Source: a virus
Lineage: Duplodnaviria > Caudoviricetes
Strand: one strand, 5' to 3'
Virus record (IMG/VR): IMGVR_UViG_3300035109_000005
Coordinates: 1-60,841 of that record
DNA: 60,841 nt
Shown here: in pieces, positions 9,518 through 19,840 of the stretch
How positions within the stretch are numbered: position 1 is the stretch's first letter
How the letters are laid out: the number at the start of each line of letters is the position of its first letter
Notes under the pieces: generated by a model
What the model saw: the letters and a program-made list of their open reading frames with translations, nothing else
What the model was told of the DNA's origin: nothing
Database searches by the model: none
Made by a program: the position numbers and the translations under genes

Positions 9518-10282
9518 CTAGAAGGTCTGCACGATGCTGTAGGCGACGCCAGCGGGCGTGGGAATGACGCCCGACTGCGTGATGATCGCGAGGTCTACGT
9601 CCGTCAGTGGGAACGTGAAGACGTATTGGATACTCATGTGCGGGATCGTCTGCCCCATGTAGAAGGGGGCGCCCCCAAAACCGCGCGCGTTCGCCGACTG
9701 TTCGAACCCGAAATAAGGGCTGAGCACGGAGCCATCCGACACCCAGCAATTGCCGCGGTGGCGGAACAGCGCCAAGAGCAAAGCATTTATTGACGGGATA
9801 GACCCGTCCGTGATGTTGAACGCCGCCTTGGCGAGGATCACGCGGCGGTAGGTGTCGTCGTCCAGGATGTAGGTCGTCGTCGAGGTGGGGGCCGCCTGCC
9901 CGAGATAGAACGGCGCCCCGCCAAACCCGACCGTGAACGGCTCGGATTGCTCGAACCCGAAATAGCTGCCGGTCTTCGTGACCACCAAATTACGCGGGAC
10001 GCCCACGATGCGCCCCCAGACGTCGAGGCCATAGCCCACAGCCGTGTCGACGTTGAAGATGAGATCGAAGAACAAATCCAGGTTGCGCGTCTGATCAATG
10101 CAGACGAAAAAACTCTCGATGACCTGCAGCAGGATCGGGCTGTTCGCATATTGCGACAGGATCGTGTCTCGCCATCGAAATGGCGGGATTGATCCGACCT
10201 GCGAAAAACCGACCGAGAGCGTTCCGAAGCCGTTCGAGCCCGCAGCCGGTGGCTTTGGATAGAAAGCCGGATCGTAGGTCAT
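9518..10282 (-). CDS. Baseplate protein (DUF2612-like)
   Basis: SQYANSP, TAVGYGLDVWGRIVG, LDDDTYR..ILAKA, PTPAGV. Confidence 0.85.
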   Translation of the reverse strand: MTYDPAFYPKPPAAGSNGFGTLSVGFSQVGSIPPFRWRDTILSQYANSPILLQVIESFFVCIDQTRNLDLFFDLIFNVDTAVGYGLDVWGRIVGVPRNLVVTKTGSYFGFEQSEPFTVGFGGAPFYLGQAAPTSTTTYILDDDTYRRVILAKAAFNITDGSIPSINALLLALFRHRGNCWVSDGSVLSPYFGFEQSANARGFGGAPFYMGQTIPHMSIQYVFTFPLTDVDLAIITQSGVIPTPAGVAYSIVQTF

Positions 10283-11721
10283 GAGCCGGTCGTCACCGTC
10301 ACATTCGCCGCTGAGATGACCGGAAACTGGTTGAGGTTCACGAGCACTTCATTGGCTGCCGGCGACACCGCGAGGACTAGTTGGCTCAGCACGCTCTGCG
10401 AGACGCTGACCGTGTAGACGCCAACGCCTCCAGGCGTGCCGGAAACTTGCGCAAGGATGGTCGTTCCCACCGCGATGACGCCACCCGCGTCGCCGAGCGT
10501 CTGGCCAACGGCCAGCGTCCCTAGCCCCATCGCGGAGACTGTCATTGTGGCGCCGGAGATCGAGGCCGTGCACGTTGCGGTTGCAGAATTGATGGACCCG
10601 AGAGAGATGGACAGGATTTGCGCCCACGAACCCAGCGCCGCGATGGGCGCGTAGAAGCGGCTGGCAAGGACTTTCGTCGCGATCCTGAGCCGCGGCCCAT
10701 TGTCTAAGCCCACCGCCGCTTGCGCCATCGCCGCCTGGATCAGGCTCTGGTAATTGATCGGAACCTGGGGGCTCGAATTGATGACGACCGAGGCAATGAT
10801 CTGAAGGTCCGCCGGGACTTCGTAGGTCACGGAATAGGTGGGATAGGGCGGATTGTAGAGCGGGTTCGTATCCTGCACGGTGACGGTCGTATTGCCGTTG
10901 TAGGAGCACCCTGGCGACTTCTTCGACCAGATGGCTTTGGCGACGTCCGCCGATGCTCCACCAACCGCCGCAACATAGATTGAATTCGGCGCCAACGTGA
11001 CGTTCTGGAGCACGACTGCGTCGTTGGATGGGTTGTCGACCACGTAGGCGTCGACCACGTTTGGAACCGTCAGGACAGCCCCAAGGACTGCGGCGGGCGA
11101 TCCGACCGAGTTGTTGGCGACGGCGGCGTAGCGCCGCGCCTCAAACTGCGCGCGCGTCTCCACGTTGCGACCTAGGACACCATCTGAGGCATTATTGACG
11201 GTATCCCAGCCGGGAATGGCCTGATAAATGCCCGTCAGCGTTCCGGCAGGGCAAGGAATGGGGCCCGTGGCGACGTTCTGGAAGATCAGGTCTATCGACC
11301 CACCTGCTGGGATCGTCCCCTGGGTCGTGCAGAGGTAGATGTTGCCACTCGCGTCGACGGCTTTCGCATTCACGGGGATGACGACGCCGGGAAGCCCTGT
11401 GCACGTCACCGTGACGGTTGTAGGCAGCGCCGGCTGGCGCGAGATGAAATAGATGCGGCCCAGGCCGTCCTGGTAGCGGCCCGTGGAGTAAGCGGGGTCG
11501 AACATGTTCGCCATCATGAGAAACGTGTCGTTGACGTTCCCGATGATGGCGGCGTCGCTCTGCGCCAGCTGCCCTTGTGGGGTCGTGAGCCCTGGATTGA
11601 GATTGCCGCCGAACGCGCTGTTGATGTCGGATTGGCGCCCTGAGAGAATATCGGCCTCAGCTGGCGCGGTGAACCCGTTCGCCCCGAAGGAAGGAGAGGG
11701 GACCGCGGTCGTGATCGTCAT
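10279..11721 (-). CDS. Baseplate J/gp47-like protein with inserted beta module
   Basis: TPQGQLA, DP.YS.GRYQDGLGRIY, GRNVETRAQFEARR. Confidence 0.9.
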   Translation of the reverse strand: MTITTAVPSPSFGANGFTAPAEADILSGRQSDINSAFGGNLNPGLTTPQGQLAQSDAAIIGNVNDTFLMMANMFDPAYSTGRYQDGLGRIYFISRQPALPTTVTVTCTGLPGVVIPVNAKAVDASGNIYLCTTQGTIPAGGSIDLIFQNVATGPIPCPAGTLTGIYQAIPGWDTVNNASDGVLGRNVETRAQFEARRYAAVANNSVGSPAAVLGAVLTVPNVVDAYVVDNPSNDAVVLQNVTLAPNSIYVAAVGGASADVAKAIWSKKSPGCSYNGNTTVTVQDTNPLYNPPYPTYSVTYEVPADLQIIASVVINSSPQVPINYQSLIQAAMAQAAVGLDNGPRLRIATKVLASRFYAPIAALGSWAQILSISLGSINSATATCTASISGATMTVSAMGLGTLAVGQTLGDAGGVIAVGTTILAQVSGTPGGVGVYTVSVSQSVLSQLVLAVSPAANEVLVNLNQFPVISAANVTVTTGS

Positions 11722-12584
11722 CAGTCCCCTGCCCCACCAGCCGAAACGTCGCCCCCAACCGTCGTCATGGTGACGACCGTAAACCAGGCGCCGTTCGGCA
11801 TCTCGCTTTCGATTTCGTGAACGACATTGACGACGTTCCAGGTTCCGCTGGCCGGCTTTATTTGGCTCTGGATTGTAACCTGGCTCCCGAGGACGATCTC
11901 AGGATTGTAGACGGACCGCGCGATGATCGCGGCTTGGTTGAAGGACGGATAGCCGACAAGCCCTGTCTCAGGGGATAGCGTCACGTTCCGGCCCTGGCGC
12001 CCTTTGGCGCTGTCCCAGATCGCCACCGTGCCGTTCTCAATCGTCCATTCAATGCCCGCCGCCCTGGCGATGTTCAGGATCTGCTCGCGCGCCGTTCCCG
12101 GCAGATAGGGGTTCGACAACTTGACGTTGACGCCATTGTTTTCGAATTGAAGCCCAGCCTGCTGCGCAATCTGCTGGATAACCTGCGCGACGTCTGCCGT
12201 CCCTTGGACGCTCGTCGGATCCGCCTTCGCGACGGCCTCATAGAGGCCGCCATAGGCATTGACGCGAAAGGGGACTTCCGGCTGCGCCTGCCCGTCCATC
12301 CACGCCATGTAGATGGTGCCCTGGAAGGCGAGCTTCATGCTCTGGTCAGAGTCGCCGGCGTAGATGGAGACCCTGTTTTTGCCGATCTGGTTGAATTGCG
12401 TCCCGATCGTCGAGAGCGCGTTCATGTCGCTCAGGGTCATCCCGTAGATGGCGATGTCCGCCGTCCCCATGCTCGGAGAACCGGCGTTGACGATACGGCA
12501 GGAGACGCGCTTTCCGCTCTGCGTGTTCGCCTGCGCCCCGTCCATTTCGAACGTGACGTTGATGCGCTTTTTGGTGAAGGCCAT
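11721..12584 (-). CDS. Baseplate hub protein
   Basis: Position in tail module; IYGMT, FENNGV..LSNPY..G, LSPETGLVGYP. Confidence 0.8.
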   Translation of the reverse strand: MAFTKKRINVTFEMDGAQANTQSGKRVSCRIVNAGSPSMGTADIAIYGMTLSDMNALSTIGTQFNQIGKNRVSIYAGDSDQSMKLAFQGTIYMAWMDGQAQPEVPFRVNAYGGLYEAVAKADPTSVQGTADVAQVIQQIAQQAGLQFENNGVNVKLSNPYLPGTAREQILNIARAAGIEWTIENGTVAIWDSAKGRQGRNVTLSPETGLVGYPSFNQAAIIARSVYNPEIVLGSQVTIQSQIKPASGTWNVVNVVHEIESEMPNGAWFTVVTMTTVGGDVSAGGAGD

Positions 12585-12635
12585 GGGGCGGGATTATGAT
12601 CCGGTCTCGTTGACGGCTATCTTACGGGGAAGTTA

Positions 12636-13034
12636 ATGCGTAAACTTTTGATTGTGCTCACTGTTCTTGCAAATTCCGCCGCGCTCGCACAGGACCGGCA
12701 ATCCATCGAAGAGGCGGAGGCCGAGCTGAGATTGGAAGCTTTCTTAGCGAACGCCACAATGATCTCCGAAGTGGAGCAATGCGGGTTTGCCAAATTGGGA
12801 GGGCTCCTGATCAATGCCCGGCTTCAAAGATTGACCTATGAGTTCACCTATCGCCTTGGGCTTCCGAAGGGATGGCGGAACATCACGGCGATGATCGAAG
12901 ACGCCGTCGCGCGTGGCCATAAGCTCGGCATGTCTGCCGAGGAATGCGCCTCAATTGATCCTCAAACCATCTACACGATCCGCTCGGATATCTCGCGCGT
13001 GAGCGGCATTCCGTTACAGGCGTTGCACCGCTAG
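12636..13034 (+). CDS. Moron: exported protein on the strand opposite the tail operon
   Basis: MRKLLIVLTVLANSAALA signal peptide, two Cys, lower GC, fills the gap between tail genes. Confidence 0.7.
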   Translation: MRKLLIVLTVLANSAALAQDRQSIEEAEAELRLEAFLANATMISEVEQCGFAKLGGLLINARLQRLTYEFTYRLGLPKGWRNITAMIEDAVARGHKLGMSAEECASIDPQTIYTIRSDISRVSGIPLQALHR

Positions 13035-13342
13035 CCCTGCCCGTTGAGATCAGACGCCTCCAGGTAGGCTAGGTTGAATCGCGATCCGACCCCGGTATAG
13101 GTCGGGTCGTCTGACGCGAACGAATCGATCCATACGAAGTCGCCGACGAAGCCAAAATAGAGATCTCGGACGATGCGATTAAGGTTCTGGCAGATGACGC
13201 CCTGGACGACCACAGAGCCGTTCGAAAACACGTCCATGAACACACCGAAAAACTTCTGGTAGATGTTCAGGACGACGTATTGGCCGCCTAGCTGGATGTT
13301 GATGGTCTGGTTGGGGACCGCCTGCAGGGGTATGATGATCAC
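13031..13342 (-). CDS. Baseplate plug-like small protein
   Basis: IPLQAVPNQ...LGGQ, GF.GDF...D...DP.Y.G.GSRF.L.Y. Confidence 0.75.
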   Translation of the reverse strand: MIIIPLQAVPNQTINIQLGGQYVVLNIYQKFFGVFMDVFSNGSVVVQGVICQNLNRIVRDLYFGFVGDFVWIDSFASDDPTYTGVGSRFNLAYLEASDLNGQG

Positions 13343-13938
13343 GTCCAAGACGCTCCCGATTCCGCTGCAGTCGGCGCGACTCCTTGCACGGTCCCCCCGC
13401 TAACGACAGAAGCCGCGCTCGGCGCCGCCACATTCGACCCAGCGCCCTGCGTGGTGATGCGGATCTCTTGCAACCAAACATCCACCACCATTAGGCCAAG
13501 CCCATTCGTCGAGGTGCGGCGGTAATCGTAATGGTGCACGTTGACGTTGGGGTACACTACCTCGGGGGTCACAGCGGAGAACAGCGTAAGTGTCCCTGCT
13601 ACTGCAGCGACCGACGCCAAGAGCGCTTCGCGGTTGGCAATCGACCCGCCCGCAGAAAACCGCAGGCGGGCGTCGAAGGGAACCTGGACCTTGTTGTAGC
13701 TCTCGAACGCCCCCTGCTCGAGCGGATAATCGCAGATGGACCAGTCCTGGCGGTAGGTCATGTCGATGACGCTATCAGCCGTGATGACGGGCTGCCCTCC
13801 GAGATACAATCCCCACTGCTGCAAGAAGCTGCCGGGCGGGAAACTATCCCCTGTCAGCAGCGCGGTCGCGTATGACGCGGCTGCGCGCGCGACGGGTGGC
13901 ACGCCGGGAGCATTGGGGACGTTAACTAGGAACATCAT
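13339..13938 (-). CDS. Tail-tip/baseplate initiator (Dit-like) protein
   Basis: Follows tape measure gene; DYPLEQGAFESYNKV..P, VTPE..Y. Confidence 0.75.
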   Translation of the reverse strand: MMFLVNVPNAPGVPPVARAAASYATALLTGDSFPPGSFLQQWGLYLGGQPVITADSVIDMTYRQDWSICDYPLEQGAFESYNKVQVPFDARLRFSAGGSIANREALLASVAAVAGTLTLFSAVTPEVVYPNVNVHHYDYRRTSTNGLGLMVVDVWLQEIRITTQGAGSNVAAPSAASVVSGGTVQGVAPTAAESGASWT

Positions 13939-15707
13939 TAGACGCCGCCGTAGTTGAGGTGCGCAGCGAAGGAATGGTGCGTGATGGCGTTCTGGAGGTC
14001 GCGCGCGATGCCGTGGCCATCCGTTGCGGGGGTGTTCACCACCACGTTCCCGATGCTAGTCTGGGCCGAGGAATTATTGACCACGGAGCTGCTGCGGCTG
14101 TTGTTGATGTTGGCGGCGCTGGCCGCTCCAAACGACTTCGGTAGACCACGGAGATAACCCGTGCGAGCCGCGATGGCTCCGCGCGCATCCAGCGGAGCCT
14201 CGTAGTTCTCCACAAGAGCACGGATCATCTGGTTCTGGTCGCTACCCTGCAGTGCTTGCCTAGTGCGCGCGAAGCGCCGACTCGTGTTTATCTCCCAGAT
14301 GGCGGCGCGCGTCTGCTCGGCGACCGTCATATCTTTGGGGTGTTTTCCGAACTGGCGTTTGATGGCTTCGGAACGCTGCGGGTCCCACTGCACGATGCCT
14401 TGGGAATAATGCTTGCGGTCCCAATGGTAATCGGCTGGGTTCTTTAGGCTCTCGCCGCTCATATTCGCCACAAGCGCCCGTGCAGCGGCATCGCTCAACC
14501 CTTCAGCCCGCGCCGCCGCGTAAGCTTCCTGCTGATTCTTGGCGAGATTGCCGCGGGCGTGAGTGGCGCCGCCTACCGTAGCCCCACCGCCTGCGTCGCC
14601 AGCCTCAGCCGCCCCGCCCCGCGTTGAGCCCGGATGACCGCCCGGCGACGCCCCGCCAGCTGCTCCGCCCGCGAGCGGCCCAGCGCCACCGCCAGGAGCC
14701 TCGGCGGCGTGCGCCGACATGTCGAACAGATTGCTGCCCGTTATCTTGCGCCAGATTGAATTAAATTCGTTCTTCAGCCAATCGAAGGCGCCCCAGAAGG
14801 CCCTCTTGAAGGCGTCCAGAATCCCAGGCCCTGACGCCCTGATGGCGTCTAGCATGTCTCCAAGAGCGGTGCGCGCCGCGATGCCGAAGTGCCGCCACCC
14901 ATCCGCCATCCACTTCAAAAACTGGAGGACCTTCTCCAGCAGTGGCGTCACCAGCGTCAGCAGCTCGCGCCCTGCGGCTTTGATGGACTGCAGCGTCTCT
15001 ACCCACGCCCTCGACAGGCGCACCGCCGCCTCGGACTGCTCGCGCGTGATCGCCAGCGACCGCGTGGACACTAGTTCCTGCGCCACCGCCTGCCGCCCTT
15101 GCATCAGCAGGCGGATGGTCGAGTCGTCTAGCCCCAGCCTGCGGCCGAGGAACATGGCCAGCGCCGGATCGCGGGCGGCCACATTCTTTAGATTCTCCGC
15201 CACGCCCAATAACTGTTGGGTCAATGGCTTTTGAAAATCCAGCTTGACGCCGCCGCGGGAAGATAGCTGGGCCAGCCATGGCAAAATGGACGTGTTGCCG
15301 GTGGTGCGTAGCTCGTTGAACGCATCCAACAAGTGTTGGAGCGAGGCGGCGGCCTCATTAGCGTTGCCGCCGAACTTCTCCACCGCCTGCCCGAATGTGG
15401 ACAACGACTCCGGCGACGTGCCCAGGCTCTGCGCCATGCGGTCGGTCGCCGCGTTGATCTGCTGCAGTGCGGTCAAAAAGTCATATAGCGCTTTAGCTGA
15501 TGCCAACTTAGCCAGGAACGTGGCGACCTCGCGCGTGACGTTCCGAAACGACTCGGCGCTCTTGTTGCCGGACTCCTCGATGTCCTTGCCATGTTTGACG
15601 GCGTCGTCGCGGGTCTTCTTGAACGCATCCGACGCGCTCTTCTGACCTTTGTCAAACGCGGAAGCGTCGAGACCTACCGTGACGACCAGCGAGTCGACTA
15701 CGTTCAT
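13938..15707 (-). CDS. Tape measure protein with C-terminal tail lysozyme-like domain
   Basis: N-terminal VVDSLVVTVGLDAS; helical Ala-rich body; ALVANMSGES...GIVQW...R...EQ motif. Confidence 0.85.
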   Translation of the reverse strand: MNVVDSLVVTVGLDASAFDKGQKSASDAFKKTRDDAVKHGKDIEESGNKSAESFRNVTREVATFLAKLASAKALYDFLTALQQINAATDRMAQSLGTSPESLSTFGQAVEKFGGNANEAAASLQHLLDAFNELRTTGNTSILPWLAQLSSRGGVKLDFQKPLTQQLLGVAENLKNVAARDPALAMFLGRRLGLDDSTIRLLMQGRQAVAQELVSTRSLAITREQSEAAVRLSRAWVETLQSIKAAGRELLTLVTPLLEKVLQFLKWMADGWRHFGIAARTALGDMLDAIRASGPGILDAFKRAFWGAFDWLKNEFNSIWRKITGSNLFDMSAHAAEAPGGGAGPLAGGAAGGASPGGHPGSTRGGAAEAGDAGGGATVGGATHARGNLAKNQQEAYAAARAEGLSDAAARALVANMSGESLKNPADYHWDRKHYSQGIVQWDPQRSEAIKRQFGKHPKDMTVAEQTRAAIWEINTSRRFARTRQALQGSDQNQMIRALVENYEAPLDARGAIAARTGYLRGLPKSFGAASAANINNSRSSSVVNNSSAQTSIGNVVVNTPATDGHGIARDLQNAITHHSFAAHLNYGGV

Positions 15708-15940
15708 TCCTTGGCCGCCCTTTTGTTCAGTTGGCGCTGGTTATAGGCATCGACGGAAGCCACCTCGAGGAGATCGTAGACGTCCTCTACGCCGTAGACC
15801 GTGTCCAGCTCGTGGAGTGTCGCGAGGCGCGTCGACAGAACCTGCCCGATCGCGCTGGTCACGTTACGATACTCGATCAGTCTTGCGCCGCCGAAGTCGC
15901 CGACCTCAGTCTTGACAAAAGACCGGACACAGAAAAATTT
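15704..15940 (-). CDS. Tail assembly chaperone GT extension (reached by -1 frameshift)
   Basis: -1 frame open from the slippery heptamer at 15934-15940; LATLHELDTVYGVEDVYDLLE. Confidence 0.75.
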   Translation of the reverse strand, partial: KFFCVRSFVKTEVGDFGGARLIEYRNVTSAIGQVLSTRLATLHELDTVYGVEDVYDLLEVASVDAYNQRQLNKRAAKE

Positions 15941-16317
15941 ACGTGCAACTGCAGCACCTCCCACCGCAGTTTCAGACGCGTCGCAACCTCCTCAATATCG
16001 TCCTCGATCAATGGGCGCGTTGTCGTCGGGATTTCTGGGTCGGGCTGGATCGTGATGCAGCCAAACATCTCATCCATCAATTCTTCAGCCTCGAAGAATT
16101 GGAGGCGAGCTAGCGACTGGACGCCAGCCGCCGCGACGCCAAGCATCCCCGACTGCACTGCGTCGTTGGGAATGTCCACGCCAGATCGAGACATGGCTAG
16201 CAGCGCCCGCATCGCCCATTTTTCGGCGCGGGACGCGGGCATCTCAGTTAGGACAAAGACCTTGCCCTTGTCGCGACCTTCATCGACGATCGTGACCCTA
16301 GCTACTTTACGCGCCAT
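15877..16317 (-). CDS. Tail assembly chaperone (G)
   Basis: Between tube and tape measure genes; GRDKGKVF.LTEMPA, DIEEVATRLKLR. Confidence 0.85.
   Translation of the reverse strand: MARKVARVTIVDEGRDKGKVFVLTEMPASRAEKWAMRALLAMSRSGVDIPNDAVQSGMLGVAAAGVQSLARLQFFEAEELMDEMFGCITIQPDPEIPTTTRPLIEDDIEEVATRLKLRWEVLQLHVNFSVSGLLSRLRSATSAAQD
15934..15940 (-). other. -1 programmed frameshift heptamer A AAT TTT
   Basis: XXXYYYZ in the correct phase of the chaperone ORF (GTA AAT TTT TCT). Confidence 0.75.
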
Positions 16318-16320
16318 TTA

Positions 16321-16761
16321 TCAGACCCCCGGCACCGGGGAAGGCAAGATGCTCTCCCAGGTGATCACGTGCTTGCGGGGCTGCAGGACCTTCTTCGCAT
16401 TCGGTCCCGGCTGGTAGGAAGTCAGCGACCCCTTGGTGAGCGTGTAGACGACGCCCAGACTCGGCAGCGTGATCGAGCCATTCGCGAAATACACGTCCTG
16501 CTGCTGCTTCTGGCTGACGTACCAGTTGTCGAAGATCGCGTTGCTGGGCGAGTCGGCCATCAAGCTGATGCCCCACTTGACGGGGACGTTCACGTAACCA
16601 GAGGACAGCCTCCCATCGACGCCCATCATCGTCTCAGCCACCTCAAGCGCGTCGAGGTCGAAGATGTCGTCGGCGGCGAACCCCTGGATCTGCTGCGGCA
16701 CCACATAGAGTGAGCTGACAGACAGCATCAGGACGGAGTTAGCGGAAGTGATCGAAGCCAT
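16321..16761 (-). CDS. Tail tube protein (DUF3277-like)
   Basis: ITSANS, QGFAAD, MGVDG.LS.G, L.ADSPS; follows sheath. Confidence 0.85.
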   Translation of the reverse strand: MASITSANSVLMLSVSSLYVVPQQIQGFAADDIFDLDALEVAETMMGVDGRLSSGYVNVPVKWGISLMADSPSNAIFDNWYVSQKQQQDVYFANGSITLPSLGVVYTLTKGSLTSYQPGPNAKKVLQPRKHVITWESILPSPVPGV

Positions 16762-16781
16762 GTCAGTAAGCCCTTATCGCT

Positions 16782-18725
16782 TTATTGGACCTCGATGCTC
16801 GTCAAGGTGATGCGTTGGACGCTCTGCCCGTCCGTGTACCAAAGAAGGGGAGTCTTCAGTTTGCGCGCGGCGCGGTCCTGCGGGTTGGCGTCGGCGATCT
16901 GCAGATACCAACCCTGGGCCTGGATATATTGCGCCACCTGCGCTCCCGCAGCGTTGTTGATCTCCGCGGCCTGCTGCGCGGAAAGCGTCACGCCCGCGCG
17001 AATAGCCCCGAAGTCGAGCGCTTGATTGATCGGGTCCTGGATCGCTGCTCGAACCAGCGCGTAGCCGGCCTGGTTGAAGGGGATGGACTTGGTGTTGGTG
17101 AGCAGCACCATGAGCGCCAACTGCAGCTGGTTGTTCAGCCAAATCTGGTTGATGTAGCTGTCCGCCCATAGGAACGGGCCACTGATCGACCCGTTGTCCA
17201 TGAAGAGAAACTGCTCATTCGCTGTCGCGAAGGCGCCATAGCAGTTGTAGCCATTCACCAGTAGATTCGACCACACAGATTCCACCGTGACGGCGGCGGC
17301 GAGGCCGGTCTGGCCGCGGAAGTCCAGCGTGGTGCGGCCATTGTGGGCACTGAAGTCGATCGACGCCGCCCAACCGCAGGCGAAGGCGGCGTGGTACAGC
17401 TCGCTTGGCTCCCAGATGAGGATGGTGCCAGAATAGTTGTTCGCAGCGATGAGCGCTCCGAGGCTCCCGGTCGCTGGAACGCTGACGGTCGGCGACGCGT
17501 CCGTATCCCAACACGCGAAGGCGAAACGATTACTGGTGGAGTTCGTCCACTGGACGAAGGCGAGCTTCTGCGCGTTCCCCGAGCCATAATCCGGGTCGAA
17601 GTTAAGCCATAACGTCGCCCAGTCCTGAGTGACTGATGCCACGCCGTTCATGAACGTATTCGGGTCGGTCTGGGCGGCGCCCTGCGATGTGACAGCGCCA
17701 GTCGCCGACGTCATCAGCAGCGTGGCCGCCAACGTTCCCGTGGCGAAGCCAGCCGTGGACGCCACGCCAGTGACCCCCGACGCGATGATGAATGCCCCCG
17801 ACACGGAGTCGAACGTGACGACCACTGGCGTTCCTTTCGCTGTGATCGTGGTGCTTGCCGCGGTCTGCGTCAGGTTGACGTAATAGGTGCCGGTCAGGCC
17901 CGTCCCTGTGCCGAGGCCCGTTACGATGGTGCTGGCCGTTACGCCAGATCCAGAGAGCGTCTGACCGACCGAGATGGTGCCGGAGCCGACCGCTGAGACG
18001 GTGAGGGTTCCGTAGGTCTCAGAGATCGTCGTCGAAGCCACGGTCTGGGCAACGGAGACGCCGTATGTCCCCGCCCCGCCCGCCGTGCCAGACAACTGGG
18101 AAGTGATCGTGGTCCCGCCCGTGACCCCCGTGCCCGAGATTACGCCGCCCGGCGCGATGGTGCCTGTGACAGCCCCCGTGACCGTAAGCACCGTGCCGGC
18201 GATGGAACCGGTGAAGCTGGCGGAGCCAGCCGCGATGGCGCCCGTCACGCTCGCGGCGGTCGGAATAGAGGCATTGAGCCCGGTTTGAATAAGGGTGGCC
18301 GCCGCGGAAAAGCTTGTGGCGCTGGACAAGTCGAGGGCCGAGGCCGTGCGCACATAGTCGTCGATGGACACGATGAGCGTGCCCGTGAGCGCCTGCAGCT
18401 GAGCTAGCGTCAGCGCCGCAGTGATGTTGCCACTGCGCAGATAGGCGCCCACGGCGACCGCCGGGTATTGCGCCACATACATCTTCCCCGGCTTCTGCGA
18501 CGAATTATCGAAGCCGTTGAAGTAAACGGTGGCCTGGGTGGCTTCGTTCGAGGAAGCCCCGAAATAAGCCGCCACGGCTGGCGCGCTGGTGAACGGCAAA
18601 ACTTCGCCAATCGGCACGCGATTGCTCGTCGTCAGCATCACGCCGACGATGTCCAGCGCATTCCCGCCCGCGCTTAGAACGTTCGGAATGACGTTGACGA
18701 TTTGGGATGCGGGAATCGTGCTCAT
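16782..18725 (-). CDS. Contractile tail sheath (DUF3383-like) with inserted beta modules
   Basis: IPASQIVNV.P.V, YFNGFDNS, WADSYINQIWLN, WYTDGQSVQ. Confidence 0.9.
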   Translation of the reverse strand: MSTIPASQIVNVIPNVLSAGGNALDIVGVMLTTSNRVPIGEVLPFTSAPAVAAYFGASSNEATQATVYFNGFDNSSQKPGKMYVAQYPAVAVGAYLRSGNITAALTLAQLQALTGTLIVSIDDYVRTASALDLSSATSFSAAATLIQTGLNASIPTAASVTGAIAAGSASFTGSIAGTVLTVTGAVTGTIAPGGVISGTGVTGGTTITSQLSGTAGGAGTYGVSVAQTVASTTISETYGTLTVSAVGSGTISVGQTLSGSGVTASTIVTGLGTGTGLTGTYYVNLTQTAASTTITAKGTPVVVTFDSVSGAFIIASGVTGVASTAGFATGTLAATLLMTSATGAVTSQGAAQTDPNTFMNGVASVTQDWATLWLNFDPDYGSGNAQKLAFVQWTNSTSNRFAFACWDTDASPTVSVPATGSLGALIAANNYSGTILIWEPSELYHAAFACGWAASIDFSAHNGRTTLDFRGQTGLAAAVTVESVWSNLLVNGYNCYGAFATANEQFLFMDNGSISGPFLWADSYINQIWLNNQLQLALMVLLTNTKSIPFNQAGYALVRAAIQDPINQALDFGAIRAGVTLSAQQAAEINNAAGAQVAQYIQAQGWYLQIADANPQDRAARKLKTPLLWYTDGQSVQRITLTSIEVQ

Positions 18726-18734
18726 GGTTATCCT

Positions 18735-19460
18735 TTAGGCAGGGTAGGTCGTATCGACTTCGATCGTCGTCACGCTCACCTGATCGGCGTATTGCTGCGG
18801 CGGCGAGATGGTGATGTTCGCCTGGATATTGGCGTCGACCACATACCGAAACTCGACTTGGTTCTCGGCGTTGGTGAAGGGGATCTGTTTCGGGTCTTCA
18901 CAAAACAGCGGCGTCACGCCGGGCGCCGTCGCGTGGAAGGCTTGGACGGCGTAATCGTCGCGAAACAGCGTCGAGATCGTTTGCGCGTTGTCCGCGCTGC
19001 TGGGCCCGTGCACATCGAGTTGGATGATGATCTTCGTCGGCTGCGAGATGCTCCACGCGCCACACGCCATCCTCTCGCTGGCGACGTTCTGAGATTGGTT
19101 GACAGTGTAAGTCCCGGCGCCGCCCGTTCCTGACCCAAGGGCCACGATCTGTGTGCCCGCCGCGATGCCGACGCCGTAGAGCGTCGCGCCGATCGAGAGG
19201 GCGCCGAACGCCACGGCGCTGACCGTGAGCGTCGTCCCGGAAATAGACCCGGTGAACGATACGTCCGCCCATTCGTCCGTGTTCGTCTCGATGCGACTGC
19301 GCAGGATCGGCGTCATCACGACGAAGTCGCTGGGTTGGGGCTCCGGGACGCGATTGTCCTGGCCCTCGACCACCTCAACTCCTGCGGGCAGGATCGCCAG
19401 CAGGAATGAACGCAGAGCCGTCTGGACGTCGGCTTCGGTGACGCTCGGAGCAAACCCCAT
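18735..19460 (-). CDS. Neck/tail terminator protein with inserted beta module
   Basis: [31 protein letters not shown]. Confidence 0.75.
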   Translation of the reverse strand: MGFAPSVTEADVQTALRSFLLAILPAGVEVVEGQDNRVPEPQPSDFVVMTPILRSRIETNTDEWADVSFTGSISGTTLTVSAVAFGALSIGATLYGVGIAAGTQIVALGSGTGGAGTYTVNQSQNVASERMACGAWSISQPTKIIIQLDVHGPSSADNAQTISTLFRDDYAVQAFHATAPGVTPLFCEDPKQIPFTNAENQVEFRYVVDANIQANITISPPQQYADQVSVTTIEVDTTYPA

Positions 19461-19464
19461 TGTC

Positions 19465-19839
19465 TCAAGCCCCGTTCTGCAAGGTCACACCGACACAGCA
19501 CCAGTCCGGCCAGTCCTCGAACACGTTCGTAACCAACCAAACCGACCCATCTGGCGTTGTGATGAGGTCGCCGCCCTTGCGCGTCGCGCGGACGAGGCCA
19601 TTCACCTGGCCGTTGATGAGTATCTTCGTCGTCACTTTTTCGATGTTGATCGACTCGTACTGCATCAAGTCGGCGCTGGTCATCGCTTGCACGCTGCCCA
19701 TGACGGTGACCGGCGCGGCGTAGGACGAGACGCGCTTGCCGCTGCTGGTCGTGGTGTAGCCAGTGCTGACCTGGATGCTGAGCGGCGTTTGGGGGAGCAC
19801 GGCGCTTACCACGCCGCCCGCGATGGCGTTGAGATTCAC
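19465..19839 (-). CDS. Head-closure/neck protein
   Basis: MNLNAIA, R...KGGDL, WLV..V.E.WPDW. Confidence 0.75.
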   Translation of the reverse strand: MNLNAIAGGVVSAVLPQTPLSIQVSTGYTTTSSGKRVSSYAAPVTVMGSVQAMTSADLMQYESINIEKVTTKILINGQVNGLVRATRKGGDLITTPDGSVWLVTNVFEDWPDWCCVGVTLQNGA

Positions 19840-19840
19840 G

